In this document: piece after piece, positions 10,458-21,385 of the stretch
Layout of the letters: every line of letters starts with the position of its first letter
Position numbering within the stretch: position 1 is the first letter of the stretch
Assembly (NCBI GenBank): GCA_963837955.1
Contig: CAWIPH010000002.1
Location: 1,888,001 to 1,952,000, forward strand
DNA from: an uncultured Verrucomicrobiae bacterium
GTDB lineage: Bacteria; Verrucomicrobiota; Verrucomicrobiia; Chthoniobacterales; JAFAMB01
DNA length: 64,000 nt
Direction: 5' to 3'
Position numbers and translations under genes: made by a program
Notes under the pieces: generated by a model
What the model was told of the DNA's origin: nothing
The model's input: the letters and a program-made list of their open reading frames with translations, nothing else
Database searches by the model: none

Positions 10458-11735
10458 TCAGCCGTGGCCGTAACGGCGCACCCGCAAATCAGCCTGGGCC
10501 TTATGGCCAGCGAAGTTCTCGATCTCGCATAATCTTGAACAGTATTGACCGATCAAGGCACTCGCTTCTGGAGTGCATCTTTGGTAGGTGACCGTTTTGA
10601 GAAATTTGCCTACCCACAATCCGCCGGTGTACTTGGCTGCCTTGCCAGTCGGTAAAGTGTGGTTGGTACCAATTACTTTGTCGCCATAGGCTACGTTGGT
10701 TTCCGGTCCCAGAAATAGTGCTCCATAATTAGTAAGCCTATTGAGGAACAAATCCGGATTTTTGGTAAGGACCTGAACATGTTCTGAGGCGATTTTGTTA
10801 GCCTCGGAAACGAGTTCTTCTTCAGAATCAACGAGGATGACGCTGCCACAATTCTTCCACGCAGTACCGGCAACATCAGCAGTGGGCAAGCTCTTCAGCT
10901 GACGCTGAATTTCTTTTTCAATTTCATCCGCCAGGGTTTGACTGGTGGTCAACAGAGTCGCTGGTGAACTGGGTCCATGCTCGGCTTGACCGAGCAGATC
11001 GGTCGCAACCATTTCTACGTCGGCGGTGTCATCCGCAATGATTAAGGTCTCCGTCGGACCAGCCAAAAGATCGATACCAACGGTTCCAAAGAGCTGACGC
11101 TTAGCTTCCGCGACATAGGCGTTACCTGGTCCAACGATCATATCGACCGCCTTGATCGTTTCTGTTCCAAGCGCTAGAGCTGTGACGGCTTGAACTCCGC
11201 CCATAACGTAGATCTCGTCTGCGCCGCCCAGCACCATGGCCGCGATTGTCGCCGCCGGGGGAGCACCGTTCATGGGCGGTGTAGCAGCGGCCACTCGCCG
11301 TACCCCGGCGACCTTGGCTGTAACGATGCTCATATGGGCGGATGCAACCATGGGATAGCGTCCGCCTGGCACATAGGCGCCGACGCTGTCGACCGGAATG
11401 TTTTTGTGCCCTAGCCAAACCCCCGGCAGGGTCTCTAATTCAATGTCTTTAAGTGCTGATCGCTGGGCTTGGGCGAAGGTTCGAATCTGTTTCTGAGCGA
11501 ACTCGATATCGTGAACCACTGATTTGGGAACCGAATCGAAAATTTGCTCGATCTCTGTTTTGCTGAGCCGGTAGCTTTCCCGGTCCCACTTATCGAATTT
11601 CCGTGACAGCTCTCGCACGGCTGCATCGCCGTCCTTATGGACCTTTTCGATAATCTCTTCAACGGTGGCGCGCACGCCCTGCTCCGTCTGGCCTCGTTTG
11701 TCAAGGCTACGGCCATATTTGATGATTGTGATCAT
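10458..11735 (-). CDS. Histidinol-dehydrogenase homologue (HisD fold, HpsN-related catabolic clade)
   Basis: [44 protein letters not shown]; catabolic context, no other his genes nearby. Confidence 0.88.
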   Translation of the reverse strand: MITIIKYGRSLDKRGQTEQGVRATVEEIIEKVHKDGDAAVRELSRKFDKWDRESYRLSKTEIEQIFDSVPKSVVHDIEFAQKQIRTFAQAQRSALKDIELETLPGVWLGHKNIPVDSVGAYVPGGRYPMVASAHMSIVTAKVAGVRRVAAATPPMNGAPPAATIAAMVLGGADEIYVMGGVQAVTALALGTETIKAVDMIVGPGNAYVAEAKRQLFGTVGIDLLAGPTETLIIADDTADVEMVATDLLGQAEHGPSSPATLLTTSQTLADEIEKEIQRQLKSLPTADVAGTAWKNCGSVILVDSEEELVSEANKIASEHVQVLTKNPDLFLNRLTNYGALFLGPETNVAYGDKVIGTNHTLPTGKAAKYTGGLWVGKFLKTVTYQRCTPEASALIGQYCSRLCEIENFAGHKAQADLRVRRYGHG

Positions 11736-11840
11736 ATGAAAATGTTGCTTGGGTCTTCGGCTTTTCGTTCGTTTCGGGGGGCGACACCAGGGTCTGTAGC
11801 AAACTGCGGGTGATAGTAAGACAAGGGTACTAGTAGGCAA

Positions 11841-11854
11841 TAATGTATACACTT
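11841..11854. promoter_or_regulatory. GntR-type operator 1 (upstream of the HisD-like gene)
   Basis: TAATGTATACACTT, matches consensus AAGTGTATACACTT. Confidence 0.75.
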
Positions 11855-11936
11855 CAAGTTGATAACAACCCTGTCCCCGATTTCTCTGCTGGTGCAATTT
11901 TCGAGCATTTACCTAGAAAACGCGTCAGAAATTCAG

Positions 11937-11966
11937 TTGACCTCTGTCGAACAAGTGTGCACACTA
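11937..11966 (+). promoter_or_regulatory. Promoter plus GntR-type operator 2 (dioxygenase-ABC operon)
   Basis: TTGACC-17nt-CACACT; operator variant AAGTGTGCACACTA at 11953-11966. Confidence 0.7.
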
Positions 11967-12153
11967 TTTCACCGTGAACAAGTGACGCAGTTCCTCCTCG
12001 AAGGCTCGCCAAGAATTCGACGATGAATAGCGGAACGCTGCCCCCCGATCACCTCTGGCTGGTTGGCCGGCGCACGGACCCCCGAAGCAATCGCCATTTT
12101 TGCCGCATCACTCACCGAATTCTCCCCCTATAAGAAGAACTGAAGCTGCTGAC

Positions 12154-13041
12154 ATGAATAAAGCTGATTATTATCCAATCACGGGGGCCCTCGCATATAT
12201 CATACTCGCCGTTCGCGATCTCCAGGCAGCGGTCGAAGAGGCTCAGGAAATCAACGGCTTGTATTTGATCCAACGCGACGCGGATACGGCACACCTAACC
12301 TCTGCTGGGCGAAGGGTTGAGCTAGTATTGAGATCCGGGCCTGCTTTCGGTGTGGAACGGATTGGCCTTGAAGCTACCAACGAATCCTCGTTCGACTTGC
12401 TTAAGAGCAGGCTAAAGGAAGAGAGTATCCCTTTCGACGAATCATCGGACCCATATCCCGGTGTAAGCAAGGCGCTTCGATTTAGTGGTCCGTCTGGACA
12501 CATTTTTGAACTCGCGGATACCTACGCACGATCAGAACGTTTATTTTACGACACTCCGGGGGTGCGCCCACGGCGTCTCGGACATGCCCTTTTAAAGGTA
12601 GAAAACATCCAGCCTGTTGAGGAATTTCTCATTCGCTTGCTCAATTTCCGTGTCTCCGATCGGGCCCTAAATGGCGAGATCGTTTGGCTTCGCTGCAGCG
12701 AAATCCACCACTCCATCAATCTGGTGAAGGGCGCCCCAGGTCTCCATCATTATGCTTGGGAAGTGGACGATTGGGCGGTCTTCAAAAAGTTGGGCGACGT
12801 TCTGCGTGGGCGCAACCGACAGTTTGTATGGGGACCCGGTCGGCACGGCCCTGGTAACAACCTTTTTACCTATCACGCGGATTTGACCGGCGCTTTGGTC
12901 GAGTACTTCGCGGATATATTGCACGTCGAGAGAGAAGAAAGCTACGAATGGAAAGACTGGAGCGACATTCCCGAATGGAACAACATCTGGGGTCCGATGC
13001 CTCCGGCCAACTTCCGCGACTATGGTGTGCCACTGATGTAG
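12154..13041 (+). CDS. Type I extradiol-dioxygenase-like VOC protein (catechol 2,3-dioxygenase family)
   Basis: Two VOC modules; RLGHALL, HHSI, HHYAWEV and GPGRHGPGNNLFTY..GALVEY supply the His/His/Glu metal triad. Confidence 0.85.
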   Translation: MNKADYYPITGALAYIILAVRDLQAAVEEAQEINGLYLIQRDADTAHLTSAGRRVELVLRSGPAFGVERIGLEATNESSFDLLKSRLKEESIPFDESSDPYPGVSKALRFSGPSGHIFELADTYARSERLFYDTPGVRPRRLGHALLKVENIQPVEEFLIRLLNFRVSDRALNGEIVWLRCSEIHHSINLVKGAPGLHHYAWEVDDWAVFKKLGDVLRGRNRQFVWGPGRHGPGNNLFTYHADLTGALVEYFADILHVEREESYEWKDWSDIPEWNNIWGPMPPANFRDYGVPLM

Positions 13042-13126
13042 CGGTCGTGACGGAGAAGCATACGAAACAGACATGTGGCGACGTCGACAAAACCAACCGC
13101 AGTTGCAGCCGGGGAGTCACCGAACG

Positions 13127-14722
13127 ATGGTGGAAGCAACGCTTTTCCGTGACCGCAACTTGAGCGGGTCAAACGTAGATAACGACGCAGCTGATTTGCA
13201 CCCATCTGAAGGAAAAACGGTCCAACCCTTGTTGCGTGCATGCGCCGTTGCTAAGCGGTATGGCCCAACGATCGCGTTGGCAGGGGTCGAGCTAGAAATC
13301 TGGTCAGGCGAAATTGTAGCCCTAGTCGGCGCAAATGGCTCGGGGAAGTCAACTCTTACTAAGATTATCACTGGGGTCATCGGGTCAGATGAGGGACGAA
13401 TCGAGGTTAACGGTAACCCGCAGAAATTTCACTCTCCACGGCATGCCCATCGCGCCGGGATTAGAGCGGCTTATCAGGAATTGAGCCTTTTTACGGACCT
13501 GTCAGTAGAAGCAAACATCTGGATGGGTCACGAAATTGGGCGAACTAGTCACGATCTGGGCTGCGAAGCGATGCGAAAACAGACCGAAGAGCTACTCGCG
13601 AACTTTCGTGGATTGATTGGGGCTGCAGTAGGTCCAACCAGCTTCGTTAAGGATCTGACGTCGGATGAGCGCCAAATCGTAGAATTTCTAAAAGCGCTGA
13701 GTGCCAAGCCGAAAGTACTCATCCTCGACGAGATCACGGCTAGTCTCGACGCGCGCCAGGTCGAAAGGGTTTTCGGAATCGCTCGCTCTCTAAAGGAAAG
13801 CGGTCACGGGGTCGTGATGATCACCCATCGACTCTCCGAGGTCTTCGAATTGTCTGACCGCACAGTGGTTCTGCGCAACGGCTCCATTGTAGGGAAATTA
13901 GAGACGAACAGAACTAAATCGGAGGATCTCGTTCACTTGATGGTGGGTGACGCAGTGGATGCGGCGACAACCTATTACAAGCGGACATCGGGCGGGAGCG
14001 CTGACGTACCAGTCCTTGAAGCGGAAGTCTCTGTGCGGAGTGAGATACGACCGATTCACTTTACCCTGCACCGCGGGGAGGTATTAGGTTTAGGAGGGCT
14101 TCAAGGTCATGGACAACGGGAGGTGCTTCTCTCCCTGTTTGGATTACGAAATCATACCAGGAGAATTCTGGTGCACGGAAACAGTGTGCGGCTTCGCGAC
14201 TCGCGGGATGCCGTGAGTTCAGGGATCGCTCTTGTGCCAGGCGACCGAAATAGGGAAGGTAATATTGCCGCACATTCGATTCTCGACAATGCTTTGCTGA
14301 CCACCTGGCGAGAGTTCCGCTTTGGACCATTCCTCCGGGTTGGGGCCGCGCGCCTGGCTGTTGACCGGCTGATGAAGAGACTCAAGCTGAAGGCTCGTTC
14401 GCTGGACGATCCAGTTTCCTCGCTCTCAGGCGGTAACGCCCAAAAAGTTGTAATCGGCAAGTGGTTAATGGGTTCTCCCAGTATTCTCCTGCTCGACGAC
14501 CCGACGAAGGGCATAGATGTGAATGCGAAGAAGGAATTCTACGCACTGCTGATGGAGTTAAAGCTACAAGGCTTGGCCGTATTGTTCTTTTCCAGCGACG
14601 ATGACGAACTGACTACGTTGTGTGACCGAGTGCTTGTGATGTATGAAGGTCAGATTGCTTGCGAATTGGCGCATGCCCAATTGTCTCGAGAAACGTTAGT
14701 AGCAGCGACCGTCCAAGGTTAA
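13127..14722 (+). CDS. Monosaccharide (CUT2) ABC transporter ATP-binding protein
   Basis: GANGSGKST Walker A, LILDE, LSGGNAQK, LLDDPTKGID; tandem ABC domains; RBS GGGGAG. Confidence 0.93.
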   Translation: MVEATLFRDRNLSGSNVDNDAADLHPSEGKTVQPLLRACAVAKRYGPTIALAGVELEIWSGEIVALVGANGSGKSTLTKIITGVIGSDEGRIEVNGNPQKFHSPRHAHRAGIRAAYQELSLFTDLSVEANIWMGHEIGRTSHDLGCEAMRKQTEELLANFRGLIGAAVGPTSFVKDLTSDERQIVEFLKALSAKPKVLILDEITASLDARQVERVFGIARSLKESGHGVVMITHRLSEVFELSDRTVVLRNGSIVGKLETNRTKSEDLVHLMVGDAVDAATTYYKRTSGGSADVPVLEAEVSVRSEIRPIHFTLHRGEVLGLGGLQGHGQREVLLSLFGLRNHTRRILVHGNSVRLRDSRDAVSSGIALVPGDRNREGNIAAHSILDNALLTTWREFRFGPFLRVGAARLAVDRLMKRLKLKARSLDDPVSSLSGGNAQKVVIGKWLMGSPSILLLDDPTKGIDVNAKKEFYALLMELKLQGLAVLFFSSDDDELTTLCDRVLVMYEGQIACELAHAQLSRETLVAATVQG

Positions 14723-14728
14723 ACCGAT

Positions 14729-15694
14729 ATGACACCCAGAATCATCGGCATAATTCGTCGGAGCCCTTATCTGCTGTCACTCTTGCTTTTCCTCGTTAGT
14801 CTGACCCTGATCGGTTACTTTCAACCGTCTTACTTTCGACCATCTAATCTGGTGAATAACCTGAGGTCAATCCTGCCGTTAGTATTTGTTACGATTGCTC
14901 AGACAATAGTCGTGATCTCAGGCGGAATCGACTTGTCGCTGGGCTCACTCCTAACGCTGGCCAGCGTAACAACGGTTCAGGTGTTCAGCTTGCCGAATTT
15001 GGCTATGATTGGCTGGGCGGCAATTCCGGCTGGGCTGGGAATAGCTATTTTAGCTGGGGCTCTAAACGGTTACGCGGTGGCCTTCCTTCGACTGCAACCG
15101 ATCGTCGCGACATTCGCAACCTCTTTTCTTTGGAGTGGAATAGCGCTCTGGATTTTGCCGGTCGCGGGAGGCAGCGTGCCGGACGCGTTATCAGGAATGG
15201 TCCGCTATAAGTTCGTAATACCGTTCGGTGCTGCTGTGCTTCTCTTTGCCATTTTGGTATGGTCGTTGTTTAACCGGCTCCGGATTTGCCGATATATTTA
15301 CGCGGTGGGAGGTAATCCGAGCTCGGCGCATTTATCGGGTATTCCTGTAGCTGCTGTTAAGTTCACTGCGTATGTGTTGGCGGGTGCGATTAGCGGCATT
15401 GCAGCCGTGCTCCTGGCGGCTGATATCGGAACAGGCGACCCGCTGATCGGCGCGCCGTACACACTGTTCTCAGTGGTGGCGCTCGTCATCGGAGGGACCA
15501 AACTTTCTGGAGGGCAGGGCGGAATCATTGGATCGGTACTTGGTGTTCTGTCGCTCGTACTCCTGCGAAATCTCGTGTTCGATCTCAATATTCCGTACCT
15601 TTGGCAACCGCTGGTCGATGGATCGATCGTCTTGCTGGCTTTGGTTGGACCCGGAGTGAGCACGCTCTTGCGAAGAGAAAAAGGCACGACATGA
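14729..15694 (+). CDS. Sugar ABC transporter permease (RbsC-like)
   Basis: SGGIDLSLGS, YAVGGN, VIGGTKLSGGQG; hydrophobic. Confidence 0.93.
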   Translation: MTPRIIGIIRRSPYLLSLLLFLVSLTLIGYFQPSYFRPSNLVNNLRSILPLVFVTIAQTIVVISGGIDLSLGSLLTLASVTTVQVFSLPNLAMIGWAAIPAGLGIAILAGALNGYAVAFLRLQPIVATFATSFLWSGIALWILPVAGGSVPDALSGMVRYKFVIPFGAAVLLFAILVWSLFNRLRICRYIYAVGGNPSSAHLSGIPVAAVKFTAYVLAGAISGIAAVLLAADIGTGDPLIGAPYTLFSVVALVIGGTKLSGGQGGIIGSVLGVLSLVLLRNLVFDLNIPYLWQPLVDGSIVLLALVGPGVSTLLRREKGTT

Positions 15695-16662
15695 GAATGC
15701 ATCTCCGAATGTCGCCGGCGAAGTTATCGGCCAGAGCTCCGTTGATAGCTTTATTGATTTCCGTACTGCTCTTTATCTTTGGAGGAATGATCCGGCCCGG
15801 ATTTGCCGACTATCATCAAGCTCTCAATGTTTTGCGGCTAGCTTCCTTTCTAGGCATTGTGGCGGCCGGGCAGACACTAGTTGTAATCGCCGGAAACGAA
15901 GGAATTGATCTCTCGGTCGGGGGAGTCGTAACGCTGAGCGCCGTAATTATTCACGGGTTAGTAAATGGGAACAACGGATTGATTCTGCCAGCACTGGCGT
16001 TGGCGCTGGCAGCTGGGGCAATAGCGGGATTTCTCAACGGAATCGCGATCAGCAAGTTGCGGATTCCTCCACTAGTCATGACCCTGGGAATGACAGGCGT
16101 CATCAACGGCCTAATCCTTGCAACGACCGGCGGACATCCGGAAGGTACGGCTGCCCCGCTGATGAAGTCCTTTGTTTCAGACGCGTGGGTTGTTGGCGTC
16201 CCCGGCGTTGTCTTCCTGTGGGTTCTGCTTGGCGGTGGGTTGTGGCTCTTGCTCCAGCGGACCGCGTACGGAAAGTGCCTGTACGCAGTGGGTGGGAGCT
16301 ATCGAGTTGCTCTTTTTTCAGGAGTGCGAGTACAGCGCATAATAGTGCTGACGTACGTTCTTTCCGGGGTGCTAGCTGCTTTCGGTGGATTCGTGATTCT
16401 TGGCTATACTTCTTCAGTTTTCCTGACACTCGGGGACAGCTATACCCTTCCGTCGATCGCGGCAGTTGTCGTCGGTGGTACTTTAATTTCCGGTGGTATA
16501 GGTGGATATTCCGGAACAATGGCGGGCGCCATTCTCCTTACCTTGGTACAGAGTCTTCTAATTACGCTGGGTCTACCGGAGTTTGGCCGGCAGATTATTT
16601 ACGGAGTGATCCTGCTGGTTCTGATCTCTGCTTATGGACGGAGTCGACAGACTCACAGGTAG
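15691..16662 (+). CDS. Sugar ABC transporter permease (RbsC-like)
   Basis: GIDLSVGG, YAVGGS, VVVGGTLISGG; ATGA overlap with the previous gene. Confidence 0.93.
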   Translation: MRMHLRMSPAKLSARAPLIALLISVLLFIFGGMIRPGFADYHQALNVLRLASFLGIVAAGQTLVVIAGNEGIDLSVGGVVTLSAVIIHGLVNGNNGLILPALALALAAGAIAGFLNGIAISKLRIPPLVMTLGMTGVINGLILATTGGHPEGTAAPLMKSFVSDAWVVGVPGVVFLWVLLGGGLWLLLQRTAYGKCLYAVGGSYRVALFSGVRVQRIIVLTYVLSGVLAAFGGFVILGYTSSVFLTLGDSYTLPSIAAVVVGGTLISGGIGGYSGTMAGAILLTLVQSLLITLGLPEFGRQIIYGVILLVLISAYGRSRQTHR

Positions 16663-16778
16663 GGATCGGCCTACGCAGATAGGTTAGACGGCGCTGGCAC
16701 GGCAGAGCGACAAGAACCGTGCACCCTGGGAAACTTCGGACCGTTCTGCGATCATTCCGAAAATAATCAAGATCGGCT

Positions 16779-16808
16779 TTGACAGCGATCTTAGAAGTGT
16801 ATACACTT
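16779..16808 (+). promoter_or_regulatory. Promoter plus GntR-type operator 3
   Basis: TTGACA-17nt-TACACT; perfect palindrome AAGTGTATACACTT at 16795-16808. Confidence 0.85.
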
Positions 16809-16890
16809 TCTAAATCTACTACGCTGAACTAAGCGCTTATGTTTAGATCCGCGTGCTAACCAATAACCAGCTTGGATAGCTGAGCTGTCA

Positions 16891-18030
16891 ATGATTCCTC
16901 CCAATTCTATGAACGCAATATCGCGTAACAGGTTGTCGACGCCTTCCGAAAGGTGTACACAGAAAGGCAGAGAATCGGTAAGCGCCGCGCTTGCCATTTT
17001 CTGCATTGTTTTTCTCATAACATGGGTCGTTGTAGGACGGGCTAGAGCGGCAGATAAGAGTGGCGGCTTTGTGATCGGCGTTTCCAACGCGTTTATCAAT
17101 CCGCATCGCGTGGAACAAATCGCCGATATTCAGTCTACGGCTAAAGAGTATCAGGCTAAGGGAGCAATAAAGGATGTAATCGTTGCTAGCTCGAATACGG
17201 ATGTGCAGGGCCAGATTGCTCAGATCCGCAATCTGATGAGCAAGGGTGTAGATGGGATCCTGATAAATGCAGCTTCACCAACTGCGCTCAATTCTGTCCT
17301 GAAGGAAGCCATGGACGCTGGAATCAAAGTGGTAGCATGGGACAATGAAGTGGCACTCCGCGGTGTTTATTCGGTCGTGTACGATCAAGAAGACTGGGCA
17401 AGGCAATCGGCCGAATGGCTCGCAAAGTCGCTCAATGGAAAAGGGAACGTCATCATTGTGAATGGCATTGCTGGCGCACCTGTCAGCGAAGTCCGACGCG
17501 CCGCGGTGCAGGCAGTCTTTGATAAGAATCCCGGCATCAAGGTGCTCAATTCCGTGTACGGAGACTGGGATGTCGCGAAAGCGCAACAGGTCATGGCCAG
17601 CGTCGTAGCATCCCAGCCTAATATCGACGGTGTTTGGGTCTGTGGCGCAATGTCGGAGGGCGTTTTACGCGCACTCTTGGCACCAAACCCTACCAAACTG
17701 CCGATCGTTGTCGGCGATGTGAGCCTGGGTTACCTCCGGCTTTGGAAAAGTACGAAGCAGAAGTACCCCGATTATCGATCCTTTGCGGTGGGCGATTCGC
17801 CATGTCCTTTTGCCGCGGGAGGGTTGCGGGTGCTGGTGAACATTCTACAAGGCAAACAGCCCACGAAGGTGAGCAAGAACGGCGACGTGAGCCGAATCTC
17901 TGTGAGCTTTCCGCTGAATGTCGACGACAACAATCTTGAAGAGACTTTGTCTAAGAATATCGACAAGGCGGATACGTTCTATTTAGATATCTGTCCAAGC
18001 GCGGACGAGATAGAAACGAATCTGAAATAG
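16891..18030 (+). CDS. Sugar ABC transporter periplasmic binding protein
   Basis: Signal-like hydrophobic segment ending ARA; IGVSN, GVDGILIN, GIAGAPVS, WDVAKA (Peripla_BP_4-like); start uncertain. Confidence 0.88.
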   Translation: MIPPNSMNAISRNRLSTPSERCTQKGRESVSAALAIFCIVFLITWVVVGRARAADKSGGFVIGVSNAFINPHRVEQIADIQSTAKEYQAKGAIKDVIVASSNTDVQGQIAQIRNLMSKGVDGILINAASPTALNSVLKEAMDAGIKVVAWDNEVALRGVYSVVYDQEDWARQSAEWLAKSLNGKGNVIIVNGIAGAPVSEVRRAAVQAVFDKNPGIKVLNSVYGDWDVAKAQQVMASVVASQPNIDGVWVCGAMSEGVLRALLAPNPTKLPIVVGDVSLGYLRLWKSTKQKYPDYRSFAVGDSPCPFAAGGLRVLVNILQGKQPTKVSKNGDVSRISVSFPLNVDDNNLEETLSKNIDKADTFYLDICPSADEIETNLK

Positions 18031-18145
18031 ATGTCGTCCGACGCGGGCGTCGCTCGCTGAAAGGAGAGTGGACGGGGCTCTTGCCGATGGCTCGGAGACG
18101 CATAGCAAGGACAATCATTCACGGGCCGAAAAGCAGGAGCAGACG

Positions 18146-19312
18146 ATGAACAGAGTCAAATTAGGGATAGTTGGCGCCGGAACTATTTCGCTTCGGGTGC
18201 TGCCGCATTTGGTACAACCGGACGTGGTTGAGCGAGCGGAGGTCACGGCGATCTGTGATCCCGTCCCAGGTCGGGCGCGAGCGGTGGCCGAGAAGTTCGG
18301 AGTTCGTCATTGGTTTGCCGAGTACGACGAACTCCTTGGTTGCGACGAAGTCGATGCAGTGACGATCGCTTCGCCAATCAGATATCACTTCGAGCAGGGG
18401 CGGCAGGCGCTCCTGGCTTCAAAGCATGTTCATTTCAATAAGACCTTTGGCACTTGTGTGAGGGAAGCCGAAGAGCTCACACAACTAGCTCAGAAACGTA
18501 ATCTCCGGATAGTTCCGTCGCCCGGTGAGATGCTCCGGCCGCACAACCAATACATTAAGGAACTAATTGGCCGTGGCGAAATTGGGACGGTCTGTTGGGC
18601 GGCTTGTGGCGCAGCCCTTGGTACATATCATCAGGACGAGAGCGAAAGGCAGGGTAACGATGTTCTCTCAAATATTGATCCTTCCTGGTACTTTCGTAAG
18701 CCCGGCGGTGGTCCGCTTTACGACATGACTGTATACGCCCTGACGGCGTTGACAGGGATTCTGGGTCCGGTTCTTCGGGTTGCTGCTCTATCCGGAACGC
18801 GCATTCGAGAGCGGGAGTTTCGCGGCAAGCTGGTTCCATGCGACGCCGACGATAACACTGTCATGCTACTCGATTTTGGCGACAGCGTTTTTGCTTTCGC
18901 CTACGGTACCGCTAGCGGGTCTTTAACCTACGGATTCAACGGGAGTTACTTCGGTACGCGAGGCTCGATCATCGGATTGACGCTCAATGGTGAGCCTTTG
19001 GATTATCCAGGAGCTGACATTGCTCGTCAGGCGCCCGGCGGCTCGGGAGTTGAGTGGCAATTTCAAAACGTGGGAAACCAATGGCTCTTGCCGCATATAA
19101 ACGAATTCCATCGCGATCTTCCTGAGCAACATGTCTTTGAAGACATTATGCAGCTTGTCGATTGGATTACCGAAGGGAAACCGTCAATCGTCACGGCGGA
19201 GCACGCGACACACGTTATCGACATCGTCGAATCCGCCTATCGCGCAAGCTCAAGTGGCCAGACCCAAGTCTTGAGTACAACGATGGAAACGACGAAAGAT
19301 CTCGGCGGTTAA
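18146..19312 (+). CDS. Gfo/Idh/MocA family oxidoreductase
   Basis: GIVGAGTI, ASPIRYH, KHVHFNKT, GGGPLYD; RBS AGGAG. Confidence 0.92.
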   Translation: MNRVKLGIVGAGTISLRVLPHLVQPDVVERAEVTAICDPVPGRARAVAEKFGVRHWFAEYDELLGCDEVDAVTIASPIRYHFEQGRQALLASKHVHFNKTFGTCVREAEELTQLAQKRNLRIVPSPGEMLRPHNQYIKELIGRGEIGTVCWAACGAALGTYHQDESERQGNDVLSNIDPSWYFRKPGGGPLYDMTVYALTALTGILGPVLRVAALSGTRIREREFRGKLVPCDADDNTVMLLDFGDSVFAFAYGTASGSLTYGFNGSYFGTRGSIIGLTLNGEPLDYPGADIARQAPGGSGVEWQFQNVGNQWLLPHINEFHRDLPEQHVFEDIMQLVDWITEGKPSIVTAEHATHVIDIVESAYRASSSGQTQVLSTTMETTKDLGG

Positions 19313-19355
19313 AGCGATCGTTTGGAGCCGTTGCAAGGGCTTCATGGAGAGTTTT

Positions 19356-20252
19356 ATGTTGAAGGAAATTAAGCTAGCCACTGCACCGGTTTCCTGGGGA
19401 GTGGATCACATGGGTCGCCCCGACCTGCCGTCCTGGCAGGAAGTGTTCGACGAAATCGCTAAAGTTGGCTTTAGGTATACCGAACTCGGACCGCTCGGCT
19501 TTTGGCCTGAGGATGGGAAACTGGTCAAGGCACAATTGGCGGCTCGGCGACTGACCTGCGTGGGAGCGGCGTTACTGGCGTCGTTCGAAGAGGAAAGCCT
19601 GAGCGATCAGGCTTTAGATGAAGCGCGACGGCTCGCGCGTCTGATCTCTGATAGTGGTGGTAGCTTTCTCGTGATCGTCGATTGGAGCGAGAAGAGGCAT
19701 GCAACTGCCGGACGTTCTGAACGAGCACATCGATTAGAAGGTCGAGCCAAGCGCGAGTTTTGGGCGAAAATTGAGAAGGTAGGTGAGATCGGCCGAGAGT
19801 TCGGTGTCCAGGCCGTGGCACATCCACATGCAGGCTCCAATCTGGAGTTTGAAGACGAGGTAGAGGAACTCCTTGCTCACACCGATCCAGAGTTAATCCA
19901 ACTGGCGATCGATACCGGACACTGCCTGTACGGTCAGATCGATCCGACGGCGCTGTACTGCCGCCATGCTGATCGTACACCATACGTTAACTTTAAGGAT
20001 ATTTCGGTTGAACTGCTCGATCAGGTCAGGGCCGGCGGAGTTGCATTCCTTGACGCGGTTGATTTAGGTTTATTTCAGCCTTTGGGAAAAGGTAATGTGG
20101 ATTTCCAATCCTTTTGCGAAGCTCTGAATAAAAACGGGTTCAGCGGGCCGGCTGTTGTTGAGCAGGACCGCAAGCCGGGTGGCAGCGAATCCGCAAGCGC
20201 CGAGATGGTTGCGAGTTTGCAATTCTTGAGTGGCATGGGAATCAATGCGTGA
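19356..20252 (+). CDS. Sugar-phosphate isomerase/epimerase TIM barrel (IolE inosose-dehydratase-like)
   Basis: APVSWG, ELGPLGF, HPHAGS, DTGH, FKD, VVEQD. Confidence 0.85.
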   Translation: MLKEIKLATAPVSWGVDHMGRPDLPSWQEVFDEIAKVGFRYTELGPLGFWPEDGKLVKAQLAARRLTCVGAALLASFEEESLSDQALDEARRLARLISDSGGSFLVIVDWSEKRHATAGRSERAHRLEGRAKREFWAKIEKVGEIGREFGVQAVAHPHAGSNLEFEDEVEELLAHTDPELIQLAIDTGHCLYGQIDPTALYCRHADRTPYVNFKDISVELLDQVRAGGVAFLDAVDLGLFQPLGKGNVDFQSFCEALNKNGFSGPAVVEQDRKPGGSESASAEMVASLQFLSGMGINA

Positions 20253-20264
20253 GCGAATTGGATA

Positions 20265-20293
20265 TTGACCGCGGTTGATAGGTGTATACACTT
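20265..20293 (+). promoter_or_regulatory. Promoter plus GntR-type operator 4
   Basis: TTGACC-16nt-TACACT; AGGTGTATACACTT at 20280-20293. Confidence 0.8.
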
Positions 20294-20324
20294 TAACTCG
20301 TTTTTCACATTTCCCTGAAAATCT

Positions 20325-21290
20325 ATGCGATTTGTTTCCTACGGCACGGAATGGAACATGCGTTGCGGCATCCAACTCGGAAGCACCATTTATGATGCTT
20401 CGGCAGTAGCTCATGCGGCCGGATTGTCGCTGGACTATAAGTCCACGGATTGGACCAAAACCAAGGAAGTCATCGCAATTGATGATCGCGCTCTCCGGGT
20501 GCTTGGGACGACTGCAAAAGGCATCAAAGAAACCCGGATCAACGCTGGAATCACGCTGGCGCCGAATAATGCCCGGCTCGGACCTCCTATACCGGATCCG
20601 GAGAAGATCATTTGCTTGGGATTGAATTATCGTGACCATGCCGAAGAGGCGAGCTTGGCTCTGCCCGAGGTGCCGATGTTGTTTGCAAAATTTCGGAACT
20701 CGTTGATTGGCGCGTTTGACAGCATTGAACTGCCGTACGCCAATGAAAAGGTCGACTATGAAGCGGAGCTCGCAGTGGTGATCGGTCGCCAAGCTAAATG
20801 CGTCGCCGAAGCGGAAGCGCTCGAGTACGTCTTTGGTGCGATGGCGATGAACGACGTGAGCGCGAGGGATGTTCAGTTGGCGACCAGTCAATGGACGGCT
20901 GGAAAAGCGATTGATACTTTCGCGCCTTGTGGCCCCGCAATTGTCTCCCGCGATGAACTGGGCGATATGCAAAATCTTGCCATCAAGACGCGAGTAAATG
21001 GAAGGCTGGTTCAAGATGGGAGCACCGCGAACATGATCTTCGGTGTGAGTTATATCGTTTCCTATCTCAGCCAATTGATGACCCTGGAACCTGGCGACAT
21101 TATCGCAACCGGTACGCCGGCGGGCGTTGGCTTCAAGCGCCAGCCACAAGTACTGCTGAAAGATGGCGACGTTGTGGAGATTGAGATCGAAAAAATCGGG
21201 CGTCTTGCGAATCCCGTGCACGATCGGAATGGCGTTGGGATGCGGAAATCAGACGTAAATCAGATCGGCTTGGAAGAGGGAATAAAATAG
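20325..21290 (+). CDS. Fumarylacetoacetate hydrolase family protein
   Basis: KIICLGLNYRDH, DYEAEL, NDVSARD, GKAIDTF, GDIIATGTPAGVG. Confidence 0.94.
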   Translation: MRFVSYGTEWNMRCGIQLGSTIYDASAVAHAAGLSLDYKSTDWTKTKEVIAIDDRALRVLGTTAKGIKETRINAGITLAPNNARLGPPIPDPEKIICLGLNYRDHAEEASLALPEVPMLFAKFRNSLIGAFDSIELPYANEKVDYEAELAVVIGRQAKCVAEAEALEYVFGAMAMNDVSARDVQLATSQWTAGKAIDTFAPCGPAIVSRDELGDMQNLAIKTRVNGRLVQDGSTANMIFGVSYIVSYLSQLMTLEPGDIIATGTPAGVGFKRQPQVLLKDGDVVEIEIEKIGRLANPVHDRNGVGMRKSDVNQIGLEEGIK

Positions 21291-21339
21291 TTTGGAGAAT
21301 TATGCTCTCCAGGTTATCAAGGTGATCGGCGCCAGCGGA

Positions 21340-21353
21340 TTCTGTATACACAA
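21340..21353. promoter_or_regulatory. GntR-type operator 5 (autoregulatory)
   Basis: TTCTGTATACACAA, 32 nt upstream of the gntR start. Confidence 0.65.
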
Positions 21354-21385
21354 GCGACACGCGATCCGCGAAAGTAACAACACGC

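Noticed and set aside
10458..11735. Calling this gene hisD or hpsN
   Set aside because: No his operon context and no sulfonate downstream genes; substrate cannot be assigned from sequence alone
16949..16962. AAAGGTGTACACAG as a seventh GntR operator
   Set aside because: Lacks the central TA dinucleotide (wrong half-site spacing) and lies within the predicted ORF
20070..21221. 383 aa minus-strand ORF
   Set aside because: Antisense shadow of the FAH gene, which has clear family motifs; no motifs of its own
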